Assembly: GCA_963847185.1 (NCBI GenBank)
Contig: CAWJYV010000010.1
Location: forward strand, 480,001-544,000
Reading direction: 5' to 3'
Origin: an uncultured Methanosarcinaceae archaeon
GTDB lineage: Archaea; Halobacteriota; Methanosarcinia; Methanosarcinales; Methanosarcinaceae
Length of the DNA stretch: 64,000 nucleotides
Shown here: positions 60,411 to 64,000 of the stretch, piece after piece
Layout of the letters: the number at the start of each line of letters is the position of its first letter
Numbering within the stretch: position 1 is the first letter of the stretch
Notes under the pieces: model-generated
The model's input: only the letters and a program-made list of their open reading frames with translations
Told to the model about the DNA's origin: nothing
The model's database searches: none
Program-made: the position numbers and the translations under genes

Positions 60411-62972
60411 TCAACTGGATGTCGATATACTCATGTTTATTCTGCTCTTGAGTAATCTCATCCATACAATGCTTAGAGTTCCCACAATAAACACAACCAA
60501 CAGGTCGTCACCGTGTAGCAGTGAGAAGCGGAACAGACTTCTTAAGGCAGGCACATACAGGACCAGAAAAAGACCTGAAATAGCTCCTAAAAGCACATAC
60601 CTTAATGCTTTGTTTTCTGATTTCAGGGTTTTTATCATACTCTGGGACCAGGAAAGATTTGCCACAATTAGAGTAAGATTGGAAATTACCAGGGTGGCGA
60701 ATGTAAGTGTACGTGCATCTACTTCACCCTTGCCCACATATAATGAATACAAAAGAACGGCAATAACTCCTGCAAGCATGCTTATACCCTGCACCAGGCT
60801 CAAAGCCAGGTTTTTCCTTCCGAACATTCTTTCCTGCAAGTTTCTAGGCGGTCTGTTCATTATATTTTTCTCTTCAGGCTCAGCCTCAAAGACGGTCGAG
60901 CAGGCAGGATCGATTATCAATTCAAGAAATGCAATGTGTGCAGGCAAAAGGACAAGAGGCAAATTAAATAATATGGGAAACACAGCAAGCCCTGCAATAG
61001 GCATGTGAACTGAAAATATGTAACTTATTGCTTTCTTGAGGTTATCAAAAATTCTTCTCCCAAGTCTGACGGCTGCAACTATGGAAAAGAAATCATCATT
61101 CAGAAGGACAATCGATGCAGATTCGCGGGCCACATCCGTACCTCTTTCTCCCATTGCAATCCCGATATGAGCAGACTTCAGGGCAGGAGCATCGTTGACG
61201 CCATCTCCTGTCATTGCAACAACTTCTCCGTTTAACTTCAGGGCGTTTACAATTGCCAGTTTTTGTTCGGGCACAACGCGGGCAAAAATGTTTGTTTCTT
61301 TGATTTTTTCTGCCAGCTCGTCCTCACTCATTTTGGAAAGCTCTGGACCTGTAATGTATTTGTCAGTATCTTTTAAACCGATCTGTCTTGCGATATGCTG
61401 GGCTGTACCAGGATAGTCTCCTGTAATCATGATGACTCTTATTCCAGCTGCATAACATTCCTTTACTGATTGAGCAACTGATGGTCGGACAGGATCAACA
61501 AAACCAAGCAATCCTATAAACTCAAATTCGAATTCATGCTGTTTTTCAGGTAAAGCGTCCTCCTGGAAGCTGGCTTTAGCCACACCGAGAAGTCTCAAGC
61601 CCCTGTTTGCCATCTCCTGGACATGGGACAACAATTCTTCTCTCTCAGCTTCACTGAGATGGCACAAATCAAATATTGCTTCAGGAGCTCCTTTTGCAGC
61701 TATAACGTATTTACGGGAGTCGTTGCATTCCCATACATTTGAGAGGGCAAGTAAATTTTTAGAAAGAGGATATTCCCTGGAAATTTTCCATTCACGGTGT
61801 ATATCTCCATGATCCGGAAGGAATTTTTCAGTATTTTTTTTGATCTCTTTTTCAAGAGGGTCAAAGGGATCCTGCTGGCTTGCCAGAAAGCTGAACTCCA
61901 GCAATTCATGGAACTTCTCAAGCAGGCATTCGTTTTTATCAGTCTCACAATACTCATTTCCTGCATACAGAGTGCTCAAAAGCATCCTGTTCTGTGTCAA
62001 AGTCCCTGTTTTATCAACACAGAGCACTGTGGAGGAACCAAGAGTCTCAATTGCAGGCATGCGTCTTACTAGAACATTTCTCTTGGACAGGCGCCAGGCC
62101 CCCATACTCAAGAATACAAGCAACACTACTGAGAACTCTTCAGGCAGCAAGGCCATGCTTAAACTCAGACCTGCCAGCAAACCATGTAGCCAGTCACCTC
62201 TGGTTAAGCCATAGACAACTACTATAAGGATACAGAGTATTCCTCCGAAAATAGCAAAATTCTTTATAATTAAGGCAGTCTCTTTTTTTAGCAGGGAGTC
62301 TTCCTCGGCAATAGTCCCCAGAGCTTTTCCGATTTTTCCCATCTCGGTATTTATTCCTATTGAGCTTACCCTGGCTATACCATGGCCCTGGACTATAAGT
62401 GTCCCGGAATAGACGAATGGCAGATCATCTCCTCCTGGCTGTCCGGGCTGCAAGGACTGGGCTAAGCCGGAAGATTCGGATTTTCTGACTGCGAGAGATT
62501 CGCCTGTGAGCAGAGATTCGTCTACCAGAAGATTTGTACAGGAAAGCACAACCCCATCGGCAGGAACACGGTCTCCCTCTCTTAAAATAATGAAATCGCC
62601 TTTAACGACTTCCCGCCCTGGAATTCTCTTCTGCTTCCCATCTCTTATGACAAGAGCCCTTGGGCTTGAGAGGTTTTTTAAAGCCTCAAGTGCTCTTTCG
62701 GTCTTTCTCTCCTGGTTAAATGTTATACCCACGACCACAAAAACAAACAAAAGCAGTATTAGAGCGTCTTTTACCTCTCCAAGTAACAGATAAATTGTAC
62801 CTGCACCTAAAAGAAGAAGCAGCATAGGCTCTTTAAGAACACTGATTAAGATGGATAAAAGGCTCTGTTTCTTTTGGGATGGCAACTCGTTATACCCTTC
62901 TTTTTTGAGTAATTCAGAGGCCTCTTCTTCTGAAAGTCCAGTTACATTTTCCGGATCAAAAGTTGTTTCCAT
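60411..62972 (-). CDS. cation-translocating P-type ATPase (Ca2+/type II-like)
   Basis: LTGES, LPEE, DKTGTLT, KGAPE, MITGD and TGDGVNDAPAL motifs. Confidence 0.95.
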   Translation of the reverse strand: METTFDPENVTGLSEEEASELLKKEGYNELPSQKKQSLLSILISVLKEPMLLLLLGAGTIYLLLGEVKDALILLLFVFVVVGITFNQERKTERALEALKNLSSPRALVIRDGKQKRIPGREVVKGDFIILREGDRVPADGVVLSCTNLLVDESLLTGESLAVRKSESSGLAQSLQPGQPGGDDLPFVYSGTLIVQGHGIARVSSIGINTEMGKIGKALGTIAEEDSLLKKETALIIKNFAIFGGILCILIVVVYGLTRGDWLHGLLAGLSLSMALLPEEFSVVLLVFLSMGAWRLSKRNVLVRRMPAIETLGSSTVLCVDKTGTLTQNRMLLSTLYAGNEYCETDKNECLLEKFHELLEFSFLASQQDPFDPLEKEIKKNTEKFLPDHGDIHREWKISREYPLSKNLLALSNVWECNDSRKYVIAAKGAPEAIFDLCHLSEAEREELLSHVQEMANRGLRLLGVAKASFQEDALPEKQHEFEFEFIGLLGFVDPVRPSVAQSVKECYAAGIRVIMITGDYPGTAQHIARQIGLKDTDKYITGPELSKMSEDELAEKIKETNIFARVVPEQKLAIVNALKLNGEVVAMTGDGVNDAPALKSAHIGIAMGERGTDVARESASIVLLNDDFFSIVAAVRLGRRIFDNLKKAISYIFSVHMPIAGLAVFPILFNLPLVLLPAHIAFLELIIDPACSTVFEAEPEEKNIMNRPPRNLQERMFGRKNLALSLVQGISMLAGVIAVLLYSLYVGKGEVDARTLTFATLVISNLTLIVANLSWSQSMIKTLKSENKALRYVLLGAISGLFLVLYVPALRSLFRFSLLHGDDLLVVFIVGTLSIVWMRLLKSRINMSISTSS

Positions 62973-63527
62973 TTTTTATACCTGCTGTAATATCCCTTCT
63001 AGTTGTCTTGGTTTAAAATTTGGAACTCTATATTTTCAAAACAATAAATTGCGCTAGTAAAAATTTAAAACACTTTCTCTTTGATCGTTTTTCCATATAA
63101 AGTCTACGTAATTTTGATCTGGAATAAGTTTAGAAGAATAACGAATCCCCGATTAAGCGAGGAATTATGATAGACTTCGCTCTTTCGGCTTCACTTTTTC
63201 AACTGGGATATCATCCCTGATTCACGTAAAATAGTAAAGAGTTAGATATATTGAAAAACGGGAAAATCAGAAAGAAAAAGCAGCATGTCATTAAATAAAA
63301 ATGCTTGATTTTTAATGAATTCATTAAAAATATGAATTCATTGTTTGAGAGCGTTTTCAGGGAGTGCTGGCACGAACATCTTTGTTCTCTAAAATGGGCG
63401 TGCCAGCGCAACTTTTATTTGAAGTATATTGGGATGTATCCTGATTCAGGAACAAAAAATTCCAGATTTTAAAGCTGGATGAGTATATTTATTGTCTACT
63501 GATCTTCATTTCTACTGATCTGCATTC

Positions 63528-64000
63528 TTACTGATCGGTGAGTCCGGCTGTAGTGACTGCGATAACAGCTTCTCCTTCGGGAAGGTTGGGAGAGTCAACA
63601 AGACGGACAATTCTTTTCTCTCCTTTGGATTTTCTCAGGTAGAGCCTGAAGGTTGCCGTGTGTCCCACGATATGCCCTCCAACAGGCCTTGTGGGGTCGC
63701 CAAAGAAGGCATCGGGTTTTGACATGACCTGATTTGTTACAACTACGCAGGCATTAAACAGGTCCCCAAAACGGAGCAGGCCGTGCATATGTTTATTGAG
63801 TTTCTGCTGCCTGTCTGCAAGAGTTCCCCTGCCAACATATTCAGCCCTGAAATGAGCCATAAGCGAGTCAACGATAAGGAGGCGAACAGGTTTGCCCATT
63901 TCCCTTAGTTCGTTTGCCAGATCTGTTGCGGAATCTACGAGAAGTATCTGGTGATTAGAATTGTATGCTCTGGCAACATGAATATTCTGGAGAAACTCTT
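63528..64000 (-). CDS. radA: DNA repair and recombination protein RadA (3' part; runs off the window)
   Basis: [11 protein letters not shown]; [31 protein letters not shown]; VVVTNQV; GGHIVGH. Confidence 0.95.
   Translation of the reverse strand, partial: EFLQNIHVARAYNSNHQILLVDSATDLANELREMGKPVRLLIVDSLMAHFRAEYVGRGTLADRQQKLNKHMHGLLRFGDLFNACVVVTNQVMSKPDAFFGDPTRPVGGHIVGHTATFRLYLRKSKGEKRIVRLVDSPNLPEGEAVIAVTTAGLTDQ

Noticed and set aside
6784-63057. Numerous antisense or overlapping ORFs in the track (e.g. 6784-7317, 9714-10202, 20939-21577, 41937-42464, 43881-44498, 60433-61008)
   Set aside because: Shadow frames of well-supported genes on the opposite strand, with no independent motifs

Overview
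This is an AT-rich archaeal chromosomal window. It is most likely from Methanosarcina or a close relative, inferred from archaeal RadA, PdaD, two TatC/TatA pairs, tandem hydantoinase-like genes, a COG1361-type ABC operon and a Methanosarcina-type ~116-bp dispersed repeat. Most of it is housekeeping or accessory: MATE/MarR, a RelE-like toxin-antitoxin pair, EamA transporters, Tat, AmrS, a CHASE4 kinase, glucan phosphorylase and a P-type ATPase. The strongest unexplained signal is a ~360-nt, densely base-paired, + strand non-coding element (38460-38815) directly upstream of a MacB/FtsX-type ABC operon. It sits inside a 14-kb cluster (30157-44393) of secreted Met/His-rich repeat proteins, a membrane-anchored winged-HTH sensor and duplicated DUF4405-like membrane proteins with a conserved leader hairpin. 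Other points of interest are an unannotated 53-aa, 10-Cys desulforedoxin/metallothionein-like gene (547-708), an Hhe-like DUF4011 helicase-nuclease next to a surface-glycosylation cassette with a microsatellite, and nine single-base frameshifts in six genes that probably reflect assembly indels. No rRNA, tRNA or CRISPR array was seen. All family assignments come from motif recognition, not database searches.
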